Source: a virus
Lineage: Duplodnaviria > Caudoviricetes
Strand: one strand, 5' to 3'
IMG/VR virus record: IMGVR_UViG_3300031576_000044
Location: 1-61,019 of that record
Length of the DNA: 61,019 bases
In this document: piece by piece, positions 47,568 to 56,788 of the stretch
Numbering within the stretch: the stretch's first letter is position 1
How the letters are laid out: each line of letters opens with the position of its first letter
Notes under the pieces: model-generated
Database searches by the model: none
What the model saw: the letters and a program-made list of their open reading frames with translations, nothing else
Told to the model about the DNA's origin: nothing
Program-made: the position numbers and the translations under genes

Positions 47568-47848
47568 GGTGGGCAGTGAGTTGCCCACTTGCCGTTCCTG
47601 AGTGTTGCCGCCGAAAACCGCGTCCATACGGTCAGTTCCGCTCAGGGTGAATCCTGCTCATTTCGCGCCGGTTCCAGGCGCTCCTGGCGACAGATCGGGG
47701 ACAGAATCCCGACAGGTGCCTGTGCCGGCCTGGTCGGCAACACGGGACGGGCAACACCGCGTCGCGCCGGCGCCAGACCTCGTGAACACCCGGCAACACT
47801 TTCACGTCGGTCCGGGGCAGCAGCGGCAACAGCTGGAGGGGGCCACCG

Positions 47849-48433
47849 ATGATGCCCCTCCTGCTTGCGCTCTCCCTCGCGGGCGCTGACCATCTGCCAA
47901 AGGCGCTCGCCTACAACCGGACGCTGCCGGCCTACGTCCGCCTGGTCGAGATCCTCGGCACCGAGGAGGTCATCTGGGCGAGCCGGCGCGAATCCGAGCG
48001 CCGGCGCCGCGAGACGCCCTCCTTGGTCGCCTACGTCGACGGGCCCGTGGTGCGGGTCATCCGCCGGCGCTGGCCGCTCGAGGCGGTGCGTGAGAGGGAG
48101 CCGAAGCCCACCGACTTCTCGAGCGCGACCTGGGGCGGACTCGCCGGCATCCTTCGGCACGAGCTCGGGCACCAGCTCTACTACCTGGTGCTCTCTGAGG
48201 CGGAGCGCGCCCGGGTCGACCTCGCGGTCGCCCCTGTCACGACCTACGCAAGGACCTCGAAGCACGAGGCCTTCGCCGAGGCGGTCGCCCTGCTCACCCA
48301 CCCGCGCTACCGGCCCGACCGGTTCGCGCCCGAGGCGCGGCGCTACCTGGACGAGGTCGAGGCTGTGCTGGCGGGGAGAGGCATCCTGCCAGCGCGGCCG
48401 CTGCTCCTTGCGGAGGACCTGGCATGGCGCTGA
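47849..48433 (+). CDS. Zincin-like metalloprotease with a hydrophobic N-terminus
   Basis: MMPLLLALSLAGA; RHELGH...TTYART..HEAFAE. Confidence 0.7.
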   Translation: MMPLLLALSLAGADHLPKALAYNRTLPAYVRLVEILGTEEVIWASRRESERRRRETPSLVAYVDGPVVRVIRRRWPLEAVREREPKPTDFSSATWGGLAGILRHELGHQLYYLVLSEAERARVDLAVAPVTTYARTSKHEAFAEAVALLTHPRYRPDRFAPEARRYLDEVEAVLAGRGILPARPLLLAEDLAWR

Positions 48434-49168
48434 AGACGGCAGAAGAGACCTGCGGCTGCGGGCGGCCGCGATCGCACGGCGGCCTGTGCAAGGTGAGAGC
48501 TGCAGCCCTGCGTGAGCGGCGCAAGCGCGGGAAGGAGGAACCGCCCGCGAAGCCGAAAGCCGAGGCCAAGGCGGCGCGGGCGAGGACGAGGCCCTCCGTT
48601 GTAGACCGCGCGATCGAGGGGCTCGAGCGCCAGCGCGCGCGCCTGCGCCAGCGGCGCGCCCCGCTCGAACGTCGCATCCAGGACCTGCAGGAGAGGATCG
48701 GCGAGATCCAGCTTGCGGAGCAGCCGTTCTCGCGTGCGATCGAGGCGCTGCGCGGCAAGGCCTCCGCGCTGCCCCCCGGTGCGCAGGGCGCGCGAGGCCG
48801 ACGACGAGCCCGAGCCGACGCTGTCCGAGGCGCTCCCTGCCGAGGAGCTGCTCGCGCTGCGCGCCGTCAGGACATTGAAGCCCGATGCGCGCGGCGTCAC
48901 GCTCCCCGACATCCACGAGGCGGCACGCAAGCTCGGCTACGACCAGGGCGGCGCGCGCCTCGACCGGCTGCTGAAGCAGCTCGTCTCCCGCGCGGTGGCC
49001 GAAGCGGCGTTCGCGGAACTCGAAGCGATCGAGCGCGAGGCCATCGAGGCGGCGCACACCTCGAACTGCCACGCCTGGACGGTGCCGCTCACCACCCCGG
49101 AGCCGCGGCGCTCCGAGGTGATGGCCGAGCGGTGCGACTGCCGGACGAGGGAGGTGGCCCGTGGGTAG
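48424..49168 (+). CDS. Hypothetical coiled-coil protein, probably frameshifted at C6 (48772-48777)
   Basis: Plausible reading to ALPP, then plausible only in the +1 frame to 49168. Confidence 0.45.
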
Positions 49169-49469
49169 CGCCCGCGTCCACCCGTCCGCGATCCTCGCCG
49201 GCGGCCTCAACGACCGAGCTGAGCGCAACGCCCACCTGGATCTCGCACGTCTGCGCAAGGCCACCGCGATCGCCGCTGCCATCCGCGAACAGGAGCAGCG
49301 CCAGGGCGTCCGCATGACCCGTGAGGCGGTCCGGCTCATCTCGCCCGAGGGGCGGCGGCAACTCGAGCGCGCGGCCCGGGTCAACGTCTCGAGCGAGGAG
49401 ACCTGGGCCCTCGTCGCCGAGCAGTTCCCTTGGTCGGAAGGGCAGTCGTGGTCGGAGGCGCAGGCGTGA
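49161..49469 (+). CDS. Hypothetical protein
   Basis: SD GGAGG; overlapping neighbours. Confidence 0.6.
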   Translation: MGSARVHPSAILAGGLNDRAERNAHLDLARLRKATAIAAAIREQEQRQGVRMTREAVRLISPEGRRQLERAARVNVSSEETWALVAEQFPWSEGQSWSEAQA

Positions 49470-49774
49470 CCTACCACCAGAGCACCTGGGACGACGCCTT
49501 CGCCGCCCTCGCCTCGCTCCGCGACCAGGTGGGCGACGATGACCGCCGCGCCAGCGATGCCATCGCCGATCTGATCCAGGCCGCGCGCGCCGCCGAGCGC
49601 GAGGTACGCTCCGCCTGGGTCGAGCACAACCACAACCACGAGCGAGAACGGGCCGCCCATCTGGCGTTGCTCACCGCGCTCGCTACCACCACCGCTCGGC
49701 TACGGGCCGCCAAGCTGGCGCTGCTCGCCACGCTCGCCACCATCAACGAACCGGCCGCGACGGATGCGGCCTGA
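49466..49774 (+). CDS. Hypothetical coiled-coil protein
   Basis: GTGA coupling; SD. Confidence 0.55.
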   Translation: MTYHQSTWDDAFAALASLRDQVGDDDRRASDAIADLIQAARAAEREVRSAWVEHNHNHERERAAHLALLTALATTTARLRAAKLALLATLATINEPAATDAA

Positions 49775-49787
49775 GAACGGAGGAACC

Positions 49788-50210
49788 ATGGAACGACTCG
49801 ACACGATCGCGGAGCGGATCCTGATGCCGCCCCGTCCCCGTACCTGCTCGGAACCGAGCTGCGCGCTCGTTCCTGGTCATACCGGGCCCTGCCGGGACAC
49901 CCTCGGCCGGGACCTCGCGCGGACCGCGGCGGCGGAGCGGGTGCAGACCTCGCTTGGTGTCCGCCAGGAGGCGGAACGCCGGCTCCAGGTCTGCGGCCTG
50001 GTCTGCGAGGGCATCCCCACGCGGAGGCTCGCCGACCTCGGGCCGGGCGGGCTGCACCGGGTCATCGAGGCCGTGCGTGCGGCCGAGCGTTCGCGCTCGC
50101 AGGTCGACGTCGCCGGCGCCTTCGCGGCGATCCAGGGCGCGGCGCTGCTCCTGGGCGTCGCCGAGCACACCGGGGAGCAGGGCTCGGAGCGGGCCGAGGG
50201 AGGGGCGTGA
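49788..50210 (+). CDS. Hypothetical protein
   Basis: SD GGAGG; C..PSC..GHTGPC motif. Confidence 0.55.
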   Translation: MERLDTIAERILMPPRPRTCSEPSCALVPGHTGPCRDTLGRDLARTAAAERVQTSLGVRQEAERRLQVCGLVCEGIPTRRLADLGPGGLHRVIEAVRAAERSRSQVDVAGAFAAIQGAALLLGVAEHTGEQGSERAEGGA

Positions 50211-50398
50211 TGCCTGGTCCCTACTCGATCACCGAGCTGCTCTGCGCCTGCGGGAAGCGCGCCACCAACCAGGTCCTCGCCGACGGCAAGGTGCACTCGA
50301 CCCGCTGCCGCGCCTGTGCGATGCGGGAGCTGCGAGACCTGACCCGGGCCGAAGCGCAGGCGCGCCGGGAGGCGGCCGCGAAGGCCGCGGCGAAGTAG
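50207..50398 (+). CDS. Small zinc-finger protein
   Basis: CACG...RCRAC. Confidence 0.55.
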   Translation: MMPGPYSITELLCACGKRATNQVLADGKVHSTRCRACAMRELRDLTRAEAQARREAAAKAAAK

Positions 50399-50516
50399 GA
50401 AGAGGGACGAGGTCGCTGGAACGACCTCGCCCCCCGGAACGAAGCGCCGGCTGGGAAGCCGGCATGGATGGTCACGAGCAGTATAACGCGCCCGCAGGGG
50501 CGCGGAGGTAGCAACG

Positions 50517-51542
50517 ATGTCGACTCAGGCGGCGGCCGTGACGGTCGCCCAACAGAAGAAGGACGCCCTCACCCAGTTCGAGGGGCAGCTGAAGAAGATG
50601 CTGCCGCGGATCGGAGAACTTCTGCCGCGGCGGGCGGGCGACCCGCACCGGTTCGTGCGCATGGTGATGATGGCCTGCGTCCGCACGCCGAATCTGCTGA
50701 ACGCCGACCGCAACACGCTTCTACTCGCGGTCATGAACGCCGCCGAGCTCGGGCTCTCCTGTTCCGGTGGCCCGGCGAGTCGGGCTCACCTGGTGCCGTT
50801 CAAGGGAAAGGTCACCTGTATCCCCGACTTCAAGGGCCTGATCGACATCGCCCTCGACTCCGGCAAGGTCGACTCGATCGAGGCGGAGACGGTCCACCAG
50901 GGCGACGAGTTCGAGTACCGGCGCGGGACGGACCCGATCCTCAAGCACGTCCCAAAGCTCACCGAGCGGGGGGAGATGATTGCCGTCTATGCCGTGGCGT
51001 GGCCGCATGGTGCCGTGCGGCCGGTCTGGGTCGTGATGTCCCGCGCGGAGGTCGAGGGCATCCGCGACAACTCGCCGGCGTACCGGTTCGCCAAGGACAA
51101 GGGCGGCGATACCCCCTGGATCAAGAGCTTCGGCGAGATGGCGAAGAAGACCGCGATCCGCCGGCTTTACAAGTGGCTGCCGACCACGGCCGAGATGCAG
51201 CGCGCTGAGGAGATCGACACCGCCGCGGACAGCGAGGACCTCGCCACGCTGGAGGCGATCGCGGCCGAGGGCTCGCAGCTTACGGAGGGCGAGAAGGAGG
51301 AGCGCCTGCTTCTCCTGAAGGCGATCGCGGCCAAGCGCGTGCAGGACCCGGACGCCGTGGTGAAGGCGTGCATCGATCTCGGTATGGACGACGGCGAGGC
51401 GCCGGATCACCTGCACCTCGTCGCTCTGCGGGACCTCGCGAACAACCTGGGGATCGGCGGTGGCGCGCCTCCTCCGGCAAACCCGCCGGCGGCCGCCGGT
51501 CAGGGATCACTACTCGACCCCACAGCCAAGAAGGGACGGTGA
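50517..51542 (+). CDS. recT: RecT-family single-strand annealing protein
   Basis: AAELGL, LVPFKGK..IPDFKGLI, V.QGDEFEY..G, TPW...FGEMAKKTAIRRL.KWLP. Confidence 0.92.
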   Translation: MSTQAAAVTVAQQKKDALTQFEGQLKKMLPRIGELLPRRAGDPHRFVRMVMMACVRTPNLLNADRNTLLLAVMNAAELGLSCSGGPASRAHLVPFKGKVTCIPDFKGLIDIALDSGKVDSIEAETVHQGDEFEYRRGTDPILKHVPKLTERGEMIAVYAVAWPHGAVRPVWVVMSRAEVEGIRDNSPAYRFAKDKGGDTPWIKSFGEMAKKTAIRRLYKWLPTTAEMQRAEEIDTAADSEDLATLEAIAAEGSQLTEGEKEERLLLLKAIAAKRVQDPDAVVKACIDLGMDDGEAPDHLHLVALRDLANNLGIGGGAPPPANPPAAAGQGSLLDPTAKKGR

Positions 51543-51545
51543 GCC

Positions 51546-53870
51546 ATGCCGCGCATCGTCCAGCTGCACTACGCCGGCCTCAAGGCGCGTGACGCCTCGC
51601 TCTCCCTGCGCGATCCCCTCACGCTGCTGCTCGGTCCGGTTGGCGCCGGGAAGTCCAGTGCGGAGGAGGCGCTCCGCTTCGCCGCCCTCGGCTTCGTGCC
51701 GGCTCTCGGCCGCTCCGAGGCCGCGACCGCTCGCCTCCTGCGCCACGACCGGCTCGACGTCGAGGTCCACCTCGACGACGGCCGCCATTTCACGCGCGGC
51801 CTCGTCCGCGAGGGGGCGAAGCTCCGGAGCGAAGCGTTCGCCTCGTGGTTGCCGGCGAAGACGGGCGCTACCGAGGCGGGCGCCGCCATCACCGCGCTCT
51901 TCGGCGCTTCGTCGCTCGAGGCGGCGGAGGGGCTCGACCTGCGCGAGCTGCTGACCGCGACGCCGGCGACGCGCTCGAAGCGCATCGAGCAGCTCCTCGA
52001 CTCCTCGGGTCTCGCGCCCGAGGTCCTGGCGCGCCGCGGCTGGGCCCTGACGCTGCTGCGCCTCGCCGAGCTGCCGTCCGAGCGGATCCCGCCCGAGGCG
52101 GAGGCGGCCGCCACCCTGGCTGCTGCATGCGAGGCGACGATTCCCAAGGAGATCCAGGGCGCGGCCCGCGCGGTCACGCGCGAGATCGAGGAGTTACTGC
52201 GCGCGGCTGGGCTCGCCGTCGCCCAGGAGCGGGTCCGCCAGGCGAAGCTGGACGCGACGGCGGCTGTCCGCTCGAAGGTGGCGGCGCGCGGCGAGATCGA
52301 GGATCGCGCCGTCGCGGCCGCTTCTGGACCGACCGATACGGTGCAGGTCCTGCAGGTGAAGCGCGACGCCCTGGCAACCGCGAAGGCGCGGGCGGAGCGC
52401 GACCTGGAGGAGGGGGCGCGCGCCCAGCGGACCCGGCTCGAGACCGAGGAGGCCCTCCCCGCGCTCCGGGAGGCGGTGGCCGTCGCCGAGCGCGCCCAGG
52501 CGGCCGCTCTCGAGGCGCTGCCGCGCGCCGAACAGGCGCGCCGGGAGGCGGCGGCACTGGTCGATCCCCCGGACGTGGTGGCGCCGGCGGCGATGCCGCC
52601 CGACCCGGCCGAGATCGCGGAGGCGGACCGGTTCCTGCTGGAGGCGCAGGCGAGCTACCAGGCCGGCCAAGCGGTCGTGCTGCCGGAGCGGCTCAGTGCC
52701 GAGCGCGAGAAGGTCACCCTCGAGGTGGCCGAGGAGAAGCTGCGTGCAGCCGAGAAGAGCCCGTGGCGTCGAGTGGAGCAGATCGCCGATGAACTGGATG
52801 AGCTTGGCGGCCGCCAGATTGCGAACCAGCTGCGCGAACTCGCGGACGAGCACGGTGGCAGCGTCTTCAATCTGGCCCGAGTCCTCGATCAGGCCCGACA
52901 GCAGCTGAAGGAGGCCCGAGCCCAGATCGAGGCCCGCGACGGGGAGATCGCGACCGCGAAGGCGGAGCGCGCCCGGCTCCTGGCCAGCGCCGAGGAGCTG
53001 CGAGCCCGGGCGCTCGGGACGCGCAGCGCCGCGGTGGCCGCGGCCCAGTCGGCGGAGCGGCTGGCCCGCGGCACCTATGCCGAGGCTTTCGCCGCGCGCG
53101 CCCGGCAAGTCGAGCTGAACCGCCAGCATCGCAACCGGCTCCTCCAGGAGGCGTCCTATCACGAGGAGTCCGCGCGAGCGGCGCAGATGGCGCGCGACCG
53201 GGCCCGGACCGACCTGCAGGGGGTCGAGCAGCGGCTTGCCGGGATCGCCTCGGTGTCCGTGGACCTGGACGGGGCCGCGAAGGCGCTCGAGACCTCGCGC
53301 CAGGAGCTGGTGCTACTCGACGCGCGCCTGGTCGAGCTGCGCAAGGCCGAGGCCCGGCGCCAGGAGATGGCGGCACTGCTCCAGGAGATCGACCGTGCGA
53401 CGGCGCTCCAGCGCGCCTACGCGGCAGCCGAGTGGGCGTGCGAGCGGCTCCGCGGCGAGGACCTGGCGGCGCGCGCCACGGGGATCGAGGGCCGGATGCG
53501 GGGGTTCCTGCAGGCGGCGGGGCGCACCGAGGAGCCGTACTTGCGCGCCAACAAGGGCGGTGCGGAGTTCGGGCTGCGGCGCGACGGTCACGAGATCGCG
53601 GTCGAGGCGCTGTCGGGGGGCGAGCACGTGCTCTACTGTGCGGCGCTCGCCGCGACGGTGATCGCGCTGCGGGCCCCGGCGGTCCGGGTGCTCCTGGTCG
53701 AGGCGGCCGAGCTCGGGGCTGGTGAGGTGGCGCAGGCGCTGCTCCGGGGCTGCACGGCGATCGCCGGCGAGCTCCAGGTGGTGGTGGCCACGAACGCGGC
53801 CATCGAGCCACCGGAGGGGTGGTCGGTCCTCCGTTGCGGTGCGGAGACCGCGGCCGAGGTCGTGGCATGA
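51546..53870 (+). CDS. SbcC/Rad50-like ABC ATPase
   Basis: Walker A GPVGAGKS, long coiled coil, signature LSGGE, variant Walker B LLVEAAE. Confidence 0.82.
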   Translation: MPRIVQLHYAGLKARDASLSLRDPLTLLLGPVGAGKSSAEEALRFAALGFVPALGRSEAATARLLRHDRLDVEVHLDDGRHFTRGLVREGAKLRSEAFASWLPAKTGATEAGAAITALFGASSLEAAEGLDLRELLTATPATRSKRIEQLLDSSGLAPEVLARRGWALTLLRLAELPSERIPPEAEAAATLAAACEATIPKEIQGAARAVTREIEELLRAAGLAVAQERVRQAKLDATAAVRSKVAARGEIEDRAVAAASGPTDTVQVLQVKRDALATAKARAERDLEEGARAQRTRLETEEALPALREAVAVAERAQAAALEALPRAEQARREAAALVDPPDVVAPAAMPPDPAEIAEADRFLLEAQASYQAGQAVVLPERLSAEREKVTLEVAEEKLRAAEKSPWRRVEQIADELDELGGRQIANQLRELADEHGGSVFNLARVLDQARQQLKEARAQIEARDGEIATAKAERARLLASAEELRARALGTRSAAVAAAQSAERLARGTYAEAFAARARQVELNRQHRNRLLQEASYHEESARAAQMARDRARTDLQGVEQRLAGIASVSVDLDGAAKALETSRQELVLLDARLVELRKAEARRQEMAALLQEIDRATALQRAYAAAEWACERLRGEDLAARATGIEGRMRGFLQAAGRTEEPYLRANKGGAEFGLRRDGHEIAVEALSGGEHVLYCAALAATVIALRAPAVRVLLVEAAELGAGEVAQALLRGCTAIAGELQVVVATNAAIEPPEGWSVLRCGAETAAEVVA

Positions 53871-53925
53871 GGACATCGGACATGCCGGAGCCGTACGCCC
53901 TCGCGGCGGTGGAGAGGGCCGGCTG

Positions 53926-55164
53926 ATGTCCGACCTCCTCTCCACCCTCACCGACGAGCAGCGCGCCGCCGTCGAAGCAAGGGACGCCGAGGTCCACGTC
54001 CAGGCTGGGCCCGGATCCGGAAAGACGCTGGTGCTGGCTGGCCGCATCGTCCACCTGATCGCCTCGGGCGTCGACCCGCGCTCGATTCTCGCGCTGACTT
54101 TCACGCGCGCGGCCTGTGCCGAGATCCGCGACCGCGTGATCAGAGCGCTCGGGTTCGAGGTGGCGCCGCGCATCGAGACGTTCCACGGCTACGCCGCGTC
54201 GGTCGTCGTGTCACCCGGCCAGCGGGTGGCAACGGAGGCCGAGGCGGAGGCCGCCCTGCGATCGCTCTTTGAGGGGCCGATGCGACGTCCGCCGCGCGCG
54301 CTCCCGGGTATCGAGACGCTCCGCGAGGCGATTGTCAGCTACGAAGCCGAGGGGGTGTCACCTGGCAACGCCATGCGCCTGCGCCTGGTGCTCTCCCGGC
54401 TGACGTACGCCAACCTGGTACCGACCTGGGACCTGGTTCCGAGTGCGGTTGCAGGGGCGGTTGAGCTGACGAGCCGGTACCGGCACGTCCTAGTGGATGA
54501 GGCTCAGGATACCACTCACCAGGAGGAGCGTCTCGCCATCCGCGCCGTGGTTGGCGGGGGGGCCGTCTTCGCCGTCGGCGACCCGCGGCAAGCGATCTTC
54601 GGCTGGCGTTGGGCCACAGGCTGGAAGGGCGAAGTGACCCACCGCCTCACGCGCACCTTCCGGTTTGGCCACGGGATTGCCGCAATGGCCAACTCGATCG
54701 CGGCGCGTTGCGACGGAGAGCTGATCGAGGGGGCGCAAGACGTCAGCAGCGAGGCCGTGCGCCTTGACTACGGTCCTAGCCCCGGGGAGTTCGGGGCCGC
54801 GCTACACCAGGAGATCCTCGGCGGGCACGTCATCAGGCCCGCTGGCCAAGTCCTCATCTTGGCGCGGACCAACCGGGAGTGCGAGGCGATCGAGCAGATC
54901 CTGGGCAACGGCACGGCGAGACACGTCCAGCGCAACCCGCTCGATCCCCTCTCGTCGGAGTCGGATCGGTTCGTTCAGGTGTGGGCGGACGGGCGTGCGG
55001 TCATCAGCACGATTCACGCCGCCAAGGGTAAGGAATCCGACCGCGTCGTACTCGTTCGCGACCTGGAGCGCGAGGAGAAGGACCCGGAGGAGCGCCGCGT
55101 CGACTACGTCGCGTGCACCAGGGCGCGCCGCCGGTTGGCAATCCTGCGGGAGGCAAGGCGATGA
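53926..55164 (+). CDS. Compact UvrD/REP (SF1) helicase
   Basis: AGPGSGKT, LTFTR, TFHG, VDEAQD, VGDPRQAIFGWR, STIHAAKGKE, YVACTRAR. Confidence 0.9.
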   Translation: MSDLLSTLTDEQRAAVEARDAEVHVQAGPGSGKTLVLAGRIVHLIASGVDPRSILALTFTRAACAEIRDRVIRALGFEVAPRIETFHGYAASVVVSPGQRVATEAEAEAALRSLFEGPMRRPPRALPGIETLREAIVSYEAEGVSPGNAMRLRLVLSRLTYANLVPTWDLVPSAVAGAVELTSRYRHVLVDEAQDTTHQEERLAIRAVVGGGAVFAVGDPRQAIFGWRWATGWKGEVTHRLTRTFRFGHGIAAMANSIAARCDGELIEGAQDVSSEAVRLDYGPSPGEFGAALHQEILGGHVIRPAGQVLILARTNRECEAIEQILGNGTARHVQRNPLDPLSSESDRFVQVWADGRAVISTIHAAKGKESDRVVLVRDLEREEKDPEERRVDYVACTRARRRLAILREARR

Positions 55165-55280
55165 GGGGCATCCTGTTCTGGCTGGTTTGGCATATGCCGC
55201 TGGGGCGGCTGGCGCCATGGATGCTCGGGCTCGCGCTCGGACAACGCCCGAGAAAGGTGCGGCGGGAGGTGGAGCGGTGA
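55161..55280 (+). CDS. Small hydrophobic protein (39 aa)
   Basis: MRGILFWLVWHMPLGRLAPWMLGLALG; coupled at both ends. Confidence 0.5.
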   Translation: MRGILFWLVWHMPLGRLAPWMLGLALGQRPRKVRREVER

Positions 55281-55594
55281 AGCTCTCAGAGATCCGGCCG
55301 TGCGACGCGTGCGGCGGCGCCATCGCCACCGGCTCCTACCTGCTGCGCCTTTCCCTTCTGGTTGTCAGTCCGCGGGCGGTCAACCAGGTCCTCGGGCTCA
55401 ACCAGATCTTCGGCGGCGCGCTGAAGCTCGCCGAGGCGTTCGCTCCCGACGACAACCCGGTCAAGGTCGCCGGCGAGGAGGACCCATCGCTCTGGACCGA
55501 TGCGCTGGTGTGCCAGCGGTGCGCGCTCGGGGCGCCGATTGACCTGGGCCTGCTGCTGGCGAAGCGGGCGGAGGAAGGGGTGTCTCGTGCCTGA
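55277..55594 (+). CDS. Zinc-binding hypothetical protein
   Basis: RPCDACG...VCQRC. Confidence 0.65.
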   Translation: MKLSEIRPCDACGGAIATGSYLLRLSLLVVSPRAVNQVLGLNQIFGGALKLAEAFAPDDNPVKVAGEEDPSLWTDALVCQRCALGAPIDLGLLLAKRAEEGVSRA

Positions 55595-55660
55595 CTATCG
55601 CGGCCGCGCGGCCGCCGGTGGTCCGGTCGTCGAGCGAACGCACGAATGGGGTCGGAGCCG

Positions 55661-56227
55661 ATGACCGAACCCATCGTCATTCGGCTGCCCGGAGAACCCC
55701 ACGCCCAAGGGCGCGGCCGCGCCGGCGTCGTTTTCGGCAAGGGCGGCAAGCCCGTGATGGTCAACGGTCGTCCCATCGTACGCGTCCACGACCCTGTCGA
55801 GTCGCGCAACTGGAAGGCGGCGGCGGCTGACCACTTCCTGCAAGCCATGAGCGGGCGGTCTCCGCTCACCGGCGGCGTCGCGGTCGAGATCGAGGCCGTG
55901 TTCACCTGTCCGCGCTCGGCCTGGAAGAAATGTTCGATGACGCCACGGCGCTGGAAACTCGGCAAGCCAGACCTCGAGAACGTCGCGAAGGCGGTCCTCG
56001 ATGCTGGCTCCGGGATCTGCTACATCGACGACCGCCAGGTGGTCGAGCTGCGGCTGCGGAAATTGGTAGGCGCCCAGGGCGAGGCACCCTACGTGCTCGT
56101 CCGCATCGAGGAGCTGCCGGAGCTGGTCGCCAGCGCTGCCAACCTGCACCGGCCCGCGCGCGAGCTCGCCGGCGCCTCGGTGCACAGCGAGGGGTCCCTG
56201 TTCGGGACCGTGGAAGGAGACGCATAG
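55661..56227 (+). CDS. rusA: RusA Holliday junction resolvase
   Basis: PGEPHAQGRGR, KPDLENVAKAVLDA, DDRQVV. Confidence 0.88.
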   Translation: MTEPIVIRLPGEPHAQGRGRAGVVFGKGGKPVMVNGRPIVRVHDPVESRNWKAAAADHFLQAMSGRSPLTGGVAVEIEAVFTCPRSAWKKCSMTPRRWKLGKPDLENVAKAVLDAGSGICYIDDRQVVELRLRKLVGAQGEAPYVLVRIEELPELVASAANLHRPARELAGASVHSEGSLFGTVEGDA

Positions 56228-56605
56228 ATGCAGATCCTCGTCTCGAAAGTGGTCATCAGCACCAAGCAGAACCGCGTCCTGTATGCCGTGACGGCCAGCC
56301 TCACGGAACCGGAACGCTGGGCCGAGGCCGTCGCTCTCGCGGGCGACGAGGTCCTCGTGGAGGCCGCCCGGGCGGGCATCCTGGAATCCGTCACGATCTC
56401 GGGTGCCCAGGGCAACCACAAGCTCACGCTGACCGGCCGCTGCAAGTGGGGCAAGAAGCTCGCCTCCCTCTTCGAGAAGGAGGGCGAGGTGGTCGAGAGT
56501 GCCGAGCTGAGGTTCGGCGCAGACGCGCGCGCGAAGGAGTGGATCGGCCAGGATCTGGAGCTCGAGCCCGCCCAGGCCGTGCTCGCGTTCGGCGGGAAGG
56601 GGTAG
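56228..56605 (+). CDS. Hypothetical protein
   Basis: ORF with SD AAGGAG. Confidence 0.6.
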   Translation: MQILVSKVVISTKQNRVLYAVTASLTEPERWAEAVALAGDEVLVEAARAGILESVTISGAQGNHKLTLTGRCKWGKKLASLFEKEGEVVESAELRFGADARAKEWIGQDLELEPAQAVLAFGGKG

Positions 56606-56611
56606 GAAACG

Positions 56612-56788
56612 ATGCCCTCGCTGACTGTCGTCTTCATCCGCTTCCTCTTCGCCGCCGGGCTCGGGCTCGGGGCGCTTTTCACGCTCGGCATGTTCGCGAC
56701 GCTCAACGACAAGCGGGAGGCGGGGGCCGCTGCGATCGCGGCGGTGAGCTGCTGGGCGCTCGCCTGGGCCGCCTGGGGGCAGTGGTGA
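56612..56788 (+). CDS. Small two-TM membrane protein
   Basis: MPSLTVVFIRFLFAAGLGLGALFTLG...AAAIAAVSCWALAWAAW. Confidence 0.55.
   Translation: MPSLTVVFIRFLFAAGLGLGALFTLGMFATLNDKREAGAAAIAAVSCWALAWAAWGQW

Noticed and set aside
47520-47600. Complete tRNA-Met gene
   Set aside because: Only the anticodon loop to CCA is present; the D-arm and 5' acceptor strand are missing, so it is called as attP
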